DNA of 64,000 nt from NCBI GenBank assembly GCA_951406725.2, contig OX597825.1:2542001-2606000 (forward strand), in the 5' to 3' direction. This DNA is from Octopus vulgaris. Lineage: Eukaryota. The notes under the pieces are model-generated. The model was not told the DNA's origin. It made no database searches and saw nothing but the letters and a program-made list of their open reading frames with translations. Shown here piece after piece: positions 28,155 through 41,139 of the stretch. The position numbers and the translations under genes are program-made. The first letter of the stretch is position 1. Each line of letters opens with the position of its first letter.

Positions 28155-29042
28155 AAAAATTCAAGCATTCATTCAAAATACCTGCACACAAACCTAACTA
28201 TTACAAATAATAGCCAACCTTGCATCCCTTTCATTTCACCGCAACATATTAATAAATGAAACAGAGTAACTGAAATATATAATCCTATATTCATTATACA
28301 CGATGATTAAGATACTTGGATCACAATCATTTTAATTATATACAGTTTCCATTATGGATGGTCAGAGTCTTAAAACCAAGAAAAAATGGTAACATGCATT
28401 GTTTGTTACCTATGTCAGGCTCTGCGGAGATAAATATAGAACGTGTATCTGCTCAAATTTTACATAACTAAATGACAGGAAAATTTTTATATGTATTTTT
28501 ACATAAATTCCTGTGCACAACCCTGAAGAAAATTAGGTAGAATTATGGATATATAAGTGATATAAAGTGCAGTGGAGGTGATCAAGCCAGTGCAATGTTT
28601 TAAATATTATTTTATTAATGTCATTGAACGAAAACACATTGATGTATATAGCATATAACTTGAAATACGAACATCACATAGACAGCAGAAAATAAATCAA
28701 ATCTACTAATGGAAGCCATGTGTGTTTTCCAGCGACATCACCGTGTAAGAGATGCAATGATAAATACCAATACTTGAGATTTAAAATGAGCAATGATTGA
28801 AGAGCAATATATAACATTTCACCTATAAATTTTGTAATCTTCACTGTATTTCTGCAATCAATCTTCTCTGCGAAATACAGAACAACACGGCACTAATTTC
28901 GGTTTCTCTTCCCCCTCCAATGTCTTTCTTTCCCCCTCTCTCTCTCTTTCCGTCTCTCTATTTCTCTCTTTCTCTCACACACACGCTACCACTCACATTA
29001 ACTCCCATACTAACTCACACACTCTTATTTTGCATATATATA

Positions 29043-29103
<61 letters not shown>

Positions 29104-31162
29104 TATAAATATATATATATATGTGTATATATATATATATGTATATATATATTTATGTATATATATATATATATATATATGAATATATAAATGTATGTAT
29201 ATATATATGTTCATATATATATATATATATATACATACATATAGGTAGATAAAATACATGTAAATATGTGTATGTGTGTGTATGTGCGTGTGTGTTGGTG
29301 TGTATATTAATATACGCATATGCTTATTTAGGAATATGCAACATATATACAACAGTGCATGTATTCTTACATACGTAACAAATGCTATGATCTCAGTGTT
29401 AAGAACATTTTGGCACGAAACAGCTCAAACTGCTCTGGTTGAATGGAACAATATAATGTATAGTTCTGAGAAGACACATAACACTTCTGGGGGTTTTTTT
29501 GCACACACGTTTTGTCGCCCTTCCACTGATACTCTTTATTGAATGGTATTTTTAATATATGAGAAATATCATTGCCACAGCCACGTGCAACTTCATTAGA
29601 ATTGTAAGAAAAGACCAACTATCAAAATAACTCATAACATATCTACAAAACCCGTAAAATCTATCCAGGGTTCTCTTACGCAAGCACCTGGTTTTATAAC
29701 CAACCTAATGATCTGCCACTTTGTCCAATTTTTTTTCTACTCTAACCCTAAGATGATCAATCTTTTATGGATGAAATTTGTGAAAATGTTTTTCCATAGA
29801 TGCTGACGTATTACTGTAATGTATGAAATGTTCCAGAGGAATTTAATTTCGTGAAAATCGCGAGGCTGACAAATTCGCTTCACACCCAACTGGATTTAGC
29901 ATATATATATATATATATATATATATACGTACTTACAAACACAAGTATATATACCCATCTTCGCTCTTCGCTACTGTCATATTGTCGGTGTCATTGGTCC
30001 TTGTCTATTGAGATAAAGAGTGGTTCTCTGTCTGTTCCTTACTACATGAACTACAGAAATCTTCAGCTGACCGATAAATTTTATTAGGTTTTGAGCCACA
30101 ACATGAACTAAAGGCATCAATGAAGGAAATAATTTGTGTGTCTAGGACATGTTTCTTCATATTTTATCATTTTCTATGAAATATTGACAGACCAAAATCT
30201 TTGGAAATGCATGTTATTGTAATCGCTCCGAGATAGTCGCCCCCTGCCGACCGAACGACAGACTACTCTTCGTCTACAGATTTGCAATAAGTGCCCGTAG
30301 TTGTAGTTCAGTTTTCTCCTATGATACTGCGACGAAATGCATTTTTACATGTAAATATAACGTTTCATTTGATACTACTGGTTTAATTGAATCACAAATT
30401 ATGATATCATTACCATCTGTTGATTTCTTGCATAGATTTGCATTGCTAAAATGTAATTCTATGCAAATATATTAAAATAATTACGATACGTCATACAGAA
30501 AAAGATAAGCAGTCAATAAGAGTAAAAACAGTTCTTGAATCACTCGATTTGTAGCGAAACGAATAAAATATTTCCTTAAGTAGGCATAAACTATAGAATC
30601 ATGTTCAAATACACTTTTGTTTCGTTTACACATGACTGTTAAATGAGACAGAATCAATTGGCAATTTTCTTGAGTAAAATTCCCATTAATGGTTAGTTAC
30701 TGGTGAAATTATCGATAATAAAATAGGTTCTTTTATTATGTTATAAATATCTTTGTGAAAGATCTTGGACATAAAGATTTTTGAATTGTTATTTTTCACT
30801 GGGAAAATGGGAGATTTTTGTGAGAATTTTATACAGTGAGGAAATTACTAATAAAAAAGCTAAGAACTATGTCTAGACATTTTGTATTGTAAATGCATTG
30901 CCACTTGTTGGTAATTACAGTAGTAAAGATTTAAACAAGTGTACCTCTTGTAATTTTAATGGAGAGAAACGAAAATGAAACATGGAGAAGCGAAATAATT
31001 CTAATAATTATGTAAAAATTAGAAACCTATAGATTTTGTGTCAAAACAAATTTGTGCGAGCTTATGGGAAATTGACTTTCTCTTTCAGATTTGCATTTAG
31101 AAATGAATCGGAAAATGTTACTGTGCACATGCATAAGTATATACACCCACACATATATATAT

Positions 31163-31527
31163 GATTGGGCCAGTGGTTAGAGCAGCGGACTCGCAATTGT
31201 AGGATCGCGGTTTCGATTTCCTGGCCGGGTGTTGTGAGATTTTTTGAGCAAAAACACCTACAGCTCCAAGAGGCTCCGTCGGGGGCGAAACCTGGTGTAC
31301 TCTTTCACCACAACTTTCTCTCACTTTTTCATCCAGTTTCTGTTGTACCTGCATTTCAACGGGCCAGCCTTGTCTCATTCTGCATGACGCCGAATCACCC
31401 CGATAACTACGTTAAGGGTACACGTGCCTGTGGAGTGCTTAGCCACTTGCACGTTAATTTTCACGAGCAGGCTGTTCCGTTCATCGGTTCAACTGGGAGC
31501 CGTCGACGCAACCGATGGAATGCCACG
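31163..31527 (+). mobile_element. tRNA-derived SINE family C, near full-length
   Basis: tRNA-like head GGCCAGTGGTTAGAGCAGCGGACTCGCAATTGTAGGATCGCGGTTTCGATTTCC (A and B boxes, cloverleaf remnants). Its 3' tail CACGAGCAGGCTGTTCCGTTCATCGGTTCAACTGG is shared with 37030-37170; followed by (ATCT)n. Confidence 0.8.
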
Positions 31528-31530
31528 AAT

Positions 31531-31541
31531 ATCTATATCTA

Positions 31542-31636
<95 letters not shown>

Positions 31637-31660
31637 ATATCTATCTATCTATCTATCTAC
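31531..31660. repeat. (ATCT)n microsatellite
   Basis: Read directly. Confidence 0.95.
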
Positions 31661-32984
31661 ATATATATATGTGTATTTACAAATACGTTTTACGGTTTAA
31701 TAAGCCAACAGCTACTTTTGAAAAATGATCACACTCGTAAGCCCTGAGAAATGCTTTACTTATTGTGTTTCATAGAACTCATATATACAGTGCATAAACT
31801 GCACAGAGAAAGTAAACGTATTTACTATTTCTCAGATGGATTATCATTTGTTAAATTTTGGGGCTAATTAATGAACGAGAAACACTGAAAAGCTCTAGAA
31901 AGCTTCCTTACAGCGCATTCGATGTCCATGCGGGAAACAGATATTTTCATCCCGACTGCTTTACTTTCCAGGCACGTTTCACGCTTTTATTGTCAATTGC
32001 ATAATATGCAATCAAAGTGTTGACGACCATGTCCTTTGTTACTCTGGATCTATAAGTAGGTCAACCTAATTCATTTGTTTAGCTGCCTTGAAAAAACGCC
32101 TTATGAATCATTTGCTGTTTTTGATGTCTTCCATGCAAGGTGAATTCCTGTGCATATCAATATATGAACTGTGAACCATTTAGTTTTTTAACAATGCTGA
32201 AGTGGTGTGTTTCACTGCAAGGTTCAGGAAATTCTGCAGATATTATAGAATCAATTTTATATCTTAAACATGATGAAAATTTATTCATGTAGAAAGCAAT
32301 CTGTTTTCTGTGGCATTAATGATCGAAACATAATTTATAGCAAATTCAAATGGAAAACAACCGATTATTTTTTTCGTAATCCTAATTTTTACTCGCATCC
32401 ACAAACTTTGACTTCTCTCAGAAATTAATTAAATTAGTTGATATGACGCATGTTTCAGCATAATAAAGAGCAGCTCTACATTAATCAGATGTTCTGCTAA
32501 AAATTTTACGTTCATAGACAGAAACACACTTAGAGAGAAAGTAAGAGAGAAAGTGAGAGTGGAGAGTGAGAGAGTGAGAGTGGAGAGTGGAGAGTGTGAG
32601 AGGGAGAAAGGAAAATAATACATGAATGGTCGAACCGTTCAAGGAAAACAGGAAATTACTTACAAATGAAAGTGAGGGTAATTTGACTGCGTTCTTTCAC
32701 ATATGTAAAGATGTCAGCAGACATACGTGTATTCATACACAAGTGCATTGCGGTATAAAATATTAAACGAAATATGAACCGCAATTTGAACTTGAAACAC
32801 GAAATTTGAGTCTGCGTTTCAACGAAAGAATGTATGTTGATATGTGTGGGAGAAACAAAGCGTGATCATGAAAGTGAGACAAATATATACAAATAGAGAT
32901 AAAGAGAGTAAGAGAGGACAGAGAGAGTAAGAGAGAAAGAGAGATAGAGAAGCACACACACGCGCGCGCGCGCAACACAGATAT

Positions 32985-33041
<57 letters not shown>

Positions 33042-33084
33042 TCATATCTTTAACTTATTAAACATATTTGATTGTTTAAGAATA

Positions 33085-33225
33085 TCCACGACGAGTTTTC
33101 ACCCCTTTACAAAATTTACCCCGGGCACATTGTTGTGCCCGGGGCTGTAATAAAATGCTCTGCAAAGTGGAACGCAAGTCGAAGTAAGGTGGTTGCAAAG
33201 CGAACTTGTTAACCAAACAGTCGGA
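33085..33225 (-). mobile_element. Very diverged SINE family A 5' part containing a perfect 11-bp GC hairpin
   Basis: GTGGTTGCAAAGCGAACTTGTTAACCAAACAGTC resembles the reverse complement of the family A head; CCCCGGGCACA-ttgt-TGTGCCCGGGG at 33119-33144. Confidence 0.5.
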
Positions 33226-34679
33226 GATGAGGATTCAGGATGTGAATAGTCAGAACAAATGCATGCACTCTAAGAGGCTCTAAGAATGCTGCATCTTGAA
33301 CAAATTATAAGTGATGACAAATTAAAATGGAATGTTGTTACGCTAGAGTCCTTTTCCATATTAAAAAAATCTTAAGGTGTCAAGCCTGGGCAGAAAATGT
33401 TTCATGTGATCGGCATCTTTTGAAAAATGCAATAATGGATTCATTACGGATATAATAGCAAGGTAGAAAGTAACTTTTATAATATAGTGGACTGAAATTT
33501 AACTATCTATACTTACAGCCATAATTTAATTAGCAAATTTGTATGAAAAAGGCAGTGTGGACTACCTCAGAACTAAAATTAATTAAAATTTATTACAACA
33601 TAAATACCAACAAGAAACTGTAACTAAGGTAATAACTTGACAATTCTGGAGATATTTTGCCCTTATTCGTCCTCTAACGCAAAGTATCGCCACTGTATTC
33701 TAATTAAATTTAATTAATTAAATTTAATATGGGAGTTAATCTATTTAACTCTGTTTCTTGATGAAATTACATCATTAAGACAATTACATTAGCCGCGTCC
33801 TAAAACGGGTTGTATAAATGAACTGAAATATTTTCGCTCATTTTACATAATAATTTTCTTTAGTTTGAGCTATGTCGTTGTTAAAGAGGGTACAGTCGAT
33901 TAGAGTGAACGCATTATATCACTGTAGGTGTCCTTGTCTCGAATACAAAAAGACGAAAGACAAAATACCTGAAGACATTTTGCTGAACGCTCCAAATATT
34001 CTCTCAATTCAAATTTAAACATACTAACACTGTTAATTGCACTTTAGTTGGTGAATAAAACATTCGAAAAAGTAAAGGAGAAAATGTCTTCTGATGATTA
34101 GTTACATTATATTTCGTTCTGTTCTTTTTTACTGTCGAATACACATTTAATTCTGTTTTTAATTATCATTGGAAACAATAGAGAAATGTGAGCGAAGATT
34201 TTTTGCATCTCATGAAAAATAAAACATGGAAATAAAAGGATAAAAATTGTTAGCAATAATATAGAAGGATGAATGGAAATACATAATGAGTTCTGTGTAC
34301 ACTTCTGGTCTACAATAAAAGTCACACCTCAACATGTCGCAAAAAGTCAATCAATCACAACTCAATTAGTCTAGACAATGTATGGCTTGTTTATTTGTTT
34401 AGTTTTACTTTCAACATTATTTTCAAAGAAATGTTTGTGACAAAAAACGATATTACGAAAAGTAAATGGACGTATATTTTACTTAACACTATGAAAATAG
34501 GTGGGGTTGTTGATATTTAAATTTTTGCTGCTATATTTTTACAATTACATCACAATTACTGTGTGGGAGTTTGTATGAGTAATGGGTTAAAACAAAAATT
34601 TATTTTAATAATAAATGAAACAGTAATTATTATAAAATGTAAAACGCTGAAGTATAAATGAATAAATGTACATTAGTGT

Positions 34680-34759
<80 letters not shown>

Positions 34760-37029
34760 TTGCGGTCATTAACTGCCCAGTAGTCTTCTAATTGGTCAAA
34801 ACAATCCTACTTAAAAATTGGTTATTTCACCATGCTTTCCACTTAACAGAGAGATAAAAATGCTGAGTATTAAACAGTGATGTATACAGGTGCATATACA
34901 ACGTTTATTTTGGCGTTAAATATCTTAAATATCTTTATGTGTCCAGCACACAATAACGATACAATGCTATGACATATTTCTTTGCTCAGCGCCTTTTGAT
35001 TACGCCTTTCTGAAGAAGGAAAGCAGCTGATCAAACATTACTATTCAGTTAAGAATTTCTCTTTAAATAGCGTTCTTGTTTCAAAGCAAATTTCAATCGT
35101 TCGTCGCAGGAACGTGATGCCGTGAGTTTGGTGGTTTATTGTGTTATTTTTGTTTTATTTTATTAAGCCACAAAAGCAGTATTGAACTTGCAACGATAAT
35201 TTAGCAAAGCAGCTTTTAGGTTGCCATTCTACTGGCATGCTAAGATCTTAGCTTTTAAACGTCGGTAGTTGAAAGCAATACAATTATAATTAAATATCAT
35301 GAACATGTGTACATCCAGAAAAGAAAAAGAAAACGATCGTGAATGTAAATGCGAGAATGCGCAGATATGTAATTGTGTTGAAGTATTAACATTAACACGT
35401 GTGTCTGTGTATATGGAGATACTGTAATCTGTGAATATCTGTGTTTATGTGGATATATAAATTGATTTATGAGTGCGCATGTCTGTGCTACTGTATAAGA
35501 TCCTATAGAATTTAGCTTATGCGTTAGTGACGTGTGTTTGACATCACATGTGATTACATGAATATATGAATTGGTGTGAGTTCGTTGGTAAATATGTGGA
35601 TTGGAGTTCTATATGCGTTGTGTCTTTATTATGCATTTATTATGTGAAAGTGTGTTTATGTGTGTGAGTGTATGTGTGTACATTTTGTGTAACTGCCTCT
35701 CTGTGTATGTGGAAACGGAGTTCTATTAATATATAAATTGCTGTGTGTCTGTGCCGGTGGATTTGTTTGTGCTTGGTCGTGTAAATGTATGTATACACGT
35801 TCACGTAATCGCATAGACATCGGACTTGGAGCGTAATGTGGCAATCAAGAATGTCAACTCTGTCTAAAATAAATATATCTGAACCATTTACTTGGCTAAT
35901 TATTTCTCTTGTAAAATACACATTTTCATTAAATTTCCTCATACATTTCTTGATAAATGCTTCATGCTGAAATATTTCTTTTTTTTCCTTAATGTTTTGT
36001 TATATTACTTTTCATCATTTATCAACGTTGATTTTTATATTTTATCTTTGAATTGACCTATTGAGTAAAATAAAGTATGTTGTTTAACCGTTTCTTACTG
36101 TTCTTAATTATGCTATTTCCTCTAATATTTTATTTAAACACAGCTGGCTTCTCAGCAAACAAGATTAACATTAGATATCAACTTCTGACTGTAAGAAATT
36201 AGTCTCTGTGTACATAGTTAATGATGTCAAAATCTTAGGCAGAAATTCTGAAATACACTTCAATCAAGTTATATTATTTCAAAATAAACATATAAGAAAT
36301 TTACGTAAAAGAATTTTTAAAAATATAAATAAAACGGATGTTTTCTTAAGCTTTTCATTTTATTAGGATATGAAAGTTTTTCGTTTAGAAAAAGAGAAAA
36401 ATCATTTTTTGTTCTTTTTTTTTGTTTGTTTTATAAGAAACGATGCTTTACAGATTCTGACTCTTCATGTATAAGAGGTCATCGGGGTTACTGAAAATAT
36501 TGAAAAAGAACAGGGCGATATTTCTGTCCATCTGTTTTTGCTCATAAGACAAACGGTGTCACTGTGTGATTCATTCTGTTTTCACTTTTGATAAATCAGT
36601 TGTGTGAAAAGAAATTGTGAGTCTTCCATATATTTACAGCACAAAATAGAATTTAATTGGTACAAACCATCCTTTCCCTTCCACTTCGGAATTTTATAAC
36701 TTGATTAATTCACTTGTGTACATATAAAAGAAAGTCCGGAGAAAAATAACACGACCCTTTGACAAGTTCTGTCGTGCAGTTTTTTCAAGTATGTTCAATC
36801 GTGCAAAGAACTGAATAGATTCTCAATTTCTTTAGAATTTTGTTTGTCATTCATTCTCTTTTTATGGGTGTAAATTGTGTTGCTCCGGTGGATATGCTGA
36901 ATGAGATATGCAGAAAATGGGTGAAAATACAAACAAGATGTCCGGTTGGAAAATAGAAATATAGTTTAATTTTTTATTTTATAAACACATTTATGAAAAC
37001 ATTTAGAATTGTAACACACAGACAGAAAC

Positions 37030-37170
37030 AGGAACTCGGTCGGTTACGACGGTGATTTTTACCAGTTGATCCGATCGACGGAACAGCCTACTCGTGGAAA
37101 GAAATAGGCAGAGTAATCTACAAATATTCCTGCCCCTTAACATAGTCTTCAGGGAGATCCAGCACGACAA
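37030..37170 (-). mobile_element. 3' tail fragment of SINE family C (or of its partner LINE)
   Basis: CCAGTTGATCCGATCGACGGAACAGCCTACTCGTG is the reverse complement of the tail at about 31460-31500. Confidence 0.7.
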
Positions 37171-37171
37171 A

Positions 37172-37369
37172 GCTTGTAATGTTGAAAGAAATACCAAAAT
37201 TTATCGTCTCAGACTTTCTTCGACTGCGAAACAATGGTAGGATTTGACGCCAGAGTGAAAGAAAATCCCAAAATGTATTAAATTCATTAGATCAGTGCAC
37301 GTTAATTATTGAATGGATCATTCGAATGGGGATCACAGACTTTGCAGAATGGGAATCGTTTCTATTGTT
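37172..37369 (+). repeat. 198-bp direct repeat, copy 1 (partner 39329-39526)
   Basis: Ungapped manual alignment, about 13 substitutions. Confidence 0.93.
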
Positions 37370-37621
37370 TGAGACTAACAGAAAACAACTTCCACCATTT
37401 AACTATTCTTTCTTCTCTCATTTGATCATTACGGGATCGATAAAATAATTTACGGGCACAATAATCACGAGTCGAATACGCTAAACACTTAACTGCATAA
37501 ATTCACAACGCATGCGCATCGTGTGTATCAATGTTTCATAACCTGAAGCATCAGTATCGCAATCCTCATCAGTAGATATAGTTTTTGCTTTCGCGATTTT
37601 CCAGTCATATATATATATACA

Positions 37622-37781
37622 TAGGAGTGGGTGTGTGGTAAGTATCTTGCTTACGAACCACATGCTTCTGGGTTCAGTCCCACTGAGTGGAACTATGGAC
37701 AAGTGTCTTCTACTATAGCCTAGGGCCGACCAAACCATTGTGAGTGGATTTGGTAGACGGTAAATGAAAGAAGCCCGTCGT
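37622..37781 (+). mobile_element. SINE family A 5' half
   Basis: AGGAGTGGGTGTGTGGTAAG...GGGTTCAGTCCCACTG...GAGTGGATTTGGTAGACG...AAGAAGCCCGTCG, running into (TA)n. Confidence 0.85.
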
Positions 37782-37782
37782 A

Positions 37783-37830
<48 letters not shown>

Positions 37831-37980
37831 TAATAAAGTTTGTTTGGTAAAGCACGTGGGTGAATATATAAGAAAATAGTAAAGTGTGAAAAAACGACAG
37901 AAGGCTTAAATGTTAAAAGATATATATATTTGTGTCAAAATGTCTGGAGAATATTGGAAAAATTTTTTTTCCTTTCCTTA

Positions 37981-38739
37981 AAACTCAAAAACACCCTAAT
38001 TGACAGACATTACCCAGCTCAACTCATAGAGGATGGGATCAGACGTGCAACAGAAATCAACATAGAAACTTTAAGAAAAGTTCAACACAACAACACACCT
38101 TCCCCGAAAATACTACCTTACATATCTACATACAACCCCAGAAACAAAGAAGCCTTCACCATCATCACCCAGAATTTACCAATACTTCATAAAAACCCAA
38201 AATTAAGGGAAATTCTAAACATACACCAAATCATTAAAAGCTACAAACAGCCTAAATCACTTAAAAAGATTCTCACAAAGGCAAAATTGTCTTCTAAAAT
38301 TACGGATGCAAAAGTAAAAAAATGTGGTAGATCGAACTGTGCAACATGTCCTAACCTATTGGAAGGATCAGAATTCTTCTTTAAAGAAGGACAGAAATTT
38401 AAGATCAAATCTAACTTTACTTGTGCCTCTGAAAACATAATTTATGTTATTAAATGCTCGGGCTGCCACCAAGACTACGTGGGTTCCACGGGACTATCAC
38501 TCAGGCGCAGATGCACACTGCATCGACAACAGATTGCATTCCCAGAATATAGAATGATACCTTTTAGTGAGCACATTGAGAAATGCGCAAAGCAACTACT
38601 GCCACAATTTTTAATCTTCCCATTTTACCAATGTGCTTTCGGATCATCAACACAAATGAGACTGAACAAGGAAACATTCTTCATTGAAAAGTACAAACCC
38701 AGACTCAACCATCCGAACATACTGACACAGAGAAATTAA
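37981..38739 (+). CDS. PLE C-terminal linker plus GIY-YIG endonuclease (5'-truncated, RT missing, no native start)
   Basis: Uninterrupted frame of about 250 codons: LKNTLIDRHYP, PYISTYNP, KSYKQPKSLKKIL, Cys-rich CGRSNCATC, FTCASENIIYVIKCSGCHQDYVGST (GIY...YIG equivalent), LRRRCTLH, RLNKETFFI, KPRLN. Confidence 0.9.
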   Translation, partial: KLKNTLIDRHYPAQLIEDGIRRATEINIETLRKVQHNNTPSPKILPYISTYNPRNKEAFTIITQNLPILHKNPKLREILNIHQIIKSYKQPKSLKKILTKAKLSSKITDAKVKKCGRSNCATCPNLLEGSEFFFKEGQKFKIKSNFTCASENIIYVIKCSGCHQDYVGSTGLSLRRRCTLHRQQIAFPEYRMIPFSEHIEKCAKQLLPQFLIFPFYQCAFGSSTQMRLNKETFFIEKYKPRLNHPNILTQRN

Positions 38740-38875
38740 CAAGGAAATGGGAAAAAAATTTTTTAAGCGATTATCTCCCCTACACCGGAAAAAATCACTC
38801 ACTACCTCCCCTTATTTAGAAATCTCCTGGAAATAAAAACAACGATAAATCCATGCAATATAAACATAACGTCAC

Positions 38876-38915
38876 AAGAAATTTGAAAAGCTACACGCGA
38901 AACCGGTAATTTCTT
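38876..38915 (+). ncRNA. Minimal type I hammerhead ribozyme, U3-A8 core variant
   Basis: Stem I AAGAAAT(38876-82)/ATTTCTT(38909-15), perfect 7 bp; core TTGAAAA(38883-89); stem II GC-tacac-GC; GAAA(38899-902); palindromic stem III CCGG; GUA triplet ending at A38908. It lies in the PLE 3' terminal region where HHRs are expected. Confidence 0.72.
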
Positions 38916-39047
38916 TAAAAATTTAAAAATTATGTCATTTTAAGGAAAGGAAAAAAATTTTTCCAATATTCTCCAGACATTTTGACACAAATATATATAT
39001 CTTTTAACATTTAAGCCTTCTGTCGTTTTTTCACACTTTACTATTTT

Positions 39048-39100
<53 letters not shown>

Positions 39101-39328
39101 ATATATAAAGGCTTAATGCTTTATTTTTCAAAAATCATTTGCAACAAAGCTTGTGAATGCAAAAGGAGCATAAACCCGTGCGCGCATACACACAGACAGA
39201 CTCACACACACACATTCGCACACGCACACAAACTCTGTTTTATATCGATATGGCTTATGGTCCCTGGTTTTTGTAGAGAGTTTGATCGTGCTGGTCAAGT
39301 ATTTGTTTCATATATGCAATATGTGTAT

Positions 39329-39526
39329 GCTTGTAATGTTGAAAGAAATACCAAAATTTATCGTCCCAGACTTTCTTCAACTGCGCAACATAGGTAGGAT
39401 ATGACGCCAGAGCGAAAGAAAATACGAAAATGTATTAAATTCATTAGAGCAGTGCATGTTAATTATTGAATGGATCATTCGAATGGGTATCACAGACTTT
39501 GCAGAATGGAAATCGTTTCTATTGTT
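39329..39526 (+). repeat. 198-bp direct repeat, copy 2 (partner 37172-37369)
   Basis: About 93% identical to 37172-37369. Confidence 0.93.
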
Positions 39527-39725
39527 ATATATTATATATTATTTTTAAAACTCTTCTTTGCGATGATCTAACAGTTTCCTATGAAAGCGACATAGTATTC
39601 TCTATTCCCCGTTCTGCATTTTCTTTCAACTTAGCAACAAAAGTAGATGCGATCGTACCAAATAGTTCTAGAAAATTAAACACAACAGGACATAGTTGTT
39701 AACAATGTTGTATATTAAATTTTTT

Positions 39726-39881
39726 TTTTATTCGTTTACTTGTTTCAATCACCAAAATGCGGCCATGCTGGAGCACCGCTTTCAAGAATGAATCCACCCG
39801 AATATTTTTTGTTTTACTTTTTAAGCCTGCTACTTATTGTCTCTGTCTCAGACACACCCACACACAAACATACACACACAT

Positions 39882-39968
<87 letters not shown>

Positions 39969-40120
39969 CACCTCCATATATATATATATGTATATATATC
40001 TGTACATACACACACATATGTACGCTACGCTTTTATTTCAGTTTCCGTCTATCAAATCCACTTACAAGTATTTGATAGACCCGAGGGTATAGTAGAAGAC
40101 ATTTGCCCATAGCGCCACAC
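39726..40120 (-). mobile_element. SINE family A copy, head truncated, expanded internal microsatellite
   Basis: GCGGCCATGCTGGAGCACCGC (tail) and TTTCCGTCTATCAAATCCAC...TATAGTAGAAGACA (body) are reverse complements of family A segments. Confidence 0.8.
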
Positions 40121-40650
40121 CTGATCGTAATATTTACATGCTGATAATTTGAATTATTCATTGTTCCCTAAAATTTTTGAATATTTCATTTACGACACCC
40201 TACTTTGTTATTAGTAAATTTGAGGGAATATAGTTTACAGACTTTTCTATGGTTATGTCTAGTAGAAAACTGCGCCCTTTGAAAATGGCGGAAGGCATTT
40301 TCCAGGTATGACATTAATGTACATTCATAGGGCATTAATTATACACCTATGCATTTATTTTACGGTTCCTCTTACTAAACTTGCATTGTTGACGCGAAGA
40401 TGGCACCAGGTTATATTCTTTATATCCTTCAGTTGCAAGTGACTTAATTTACATATATTGGAACCACAGTTGGGCTGCAGTTAAGTAGGAATGATCAATT
40501 ATTTATATTACCTAAACTTATTTCAATAAATCTGTTAGAACAGTCAGTGAGAACAAGAAATTTATATTATATACTCTTGCAATATACATGTCTCGAATTT
40601 AAATATCCATAAGTTTAACTCAACATTTTTATAAGGTGAATTATTCGTGA

Positions 40651-41000
<350 letters not shown>

Positions 41001-41139
41001 CCGAATGAGTTCATAATACATGAGATGTATTATCCTAAAGGAAAGAATTCCTTGTTAGACATCGATAACTTTGCTCAAAAGAGTCACTGTTGGTGCGTGA
41101 CTGTGTTGTAAGAAGGTTGCCTCCAAACCACTTGGTCCC

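Larger units (their letters stand above)
37864..39056 (+). mobile_element. 5'-truncated Penelope-like retroelement (probably Neptune type) with an inverted copy of its 3' end, inserted in (TA)n
   Basis: GIY-YIG ORF, 3' HHR-like motif, 120/119-bp inverted repeats at 37864-37983 and 38938-39056 differing by one T/A in a homopolymer, and (TA)n on both sides. Confidence 0.9.

Noticed and set aside
31163-31225. tRNA-like sequence
   Set aside because: The acceptor stem is not intact and it continues into a SINE body, so it is a SINE head, not a tRNA gene.
37520-37582. Minus-strand CTGATGA...GAAACATTGATAC next to (TA)n
   Set aside because: Stems II and III do not form; it may be a very decayed HHR but cannot be supported from this copy.
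37930-37980. ORF-track start extending the GIY-YIG ORF to 269 aa
   Set aside because: The start is a TTG inside the inverted 3'-end copy, so the N-terminal residues are fortuitous; no in-frame ATG precedes the domain.
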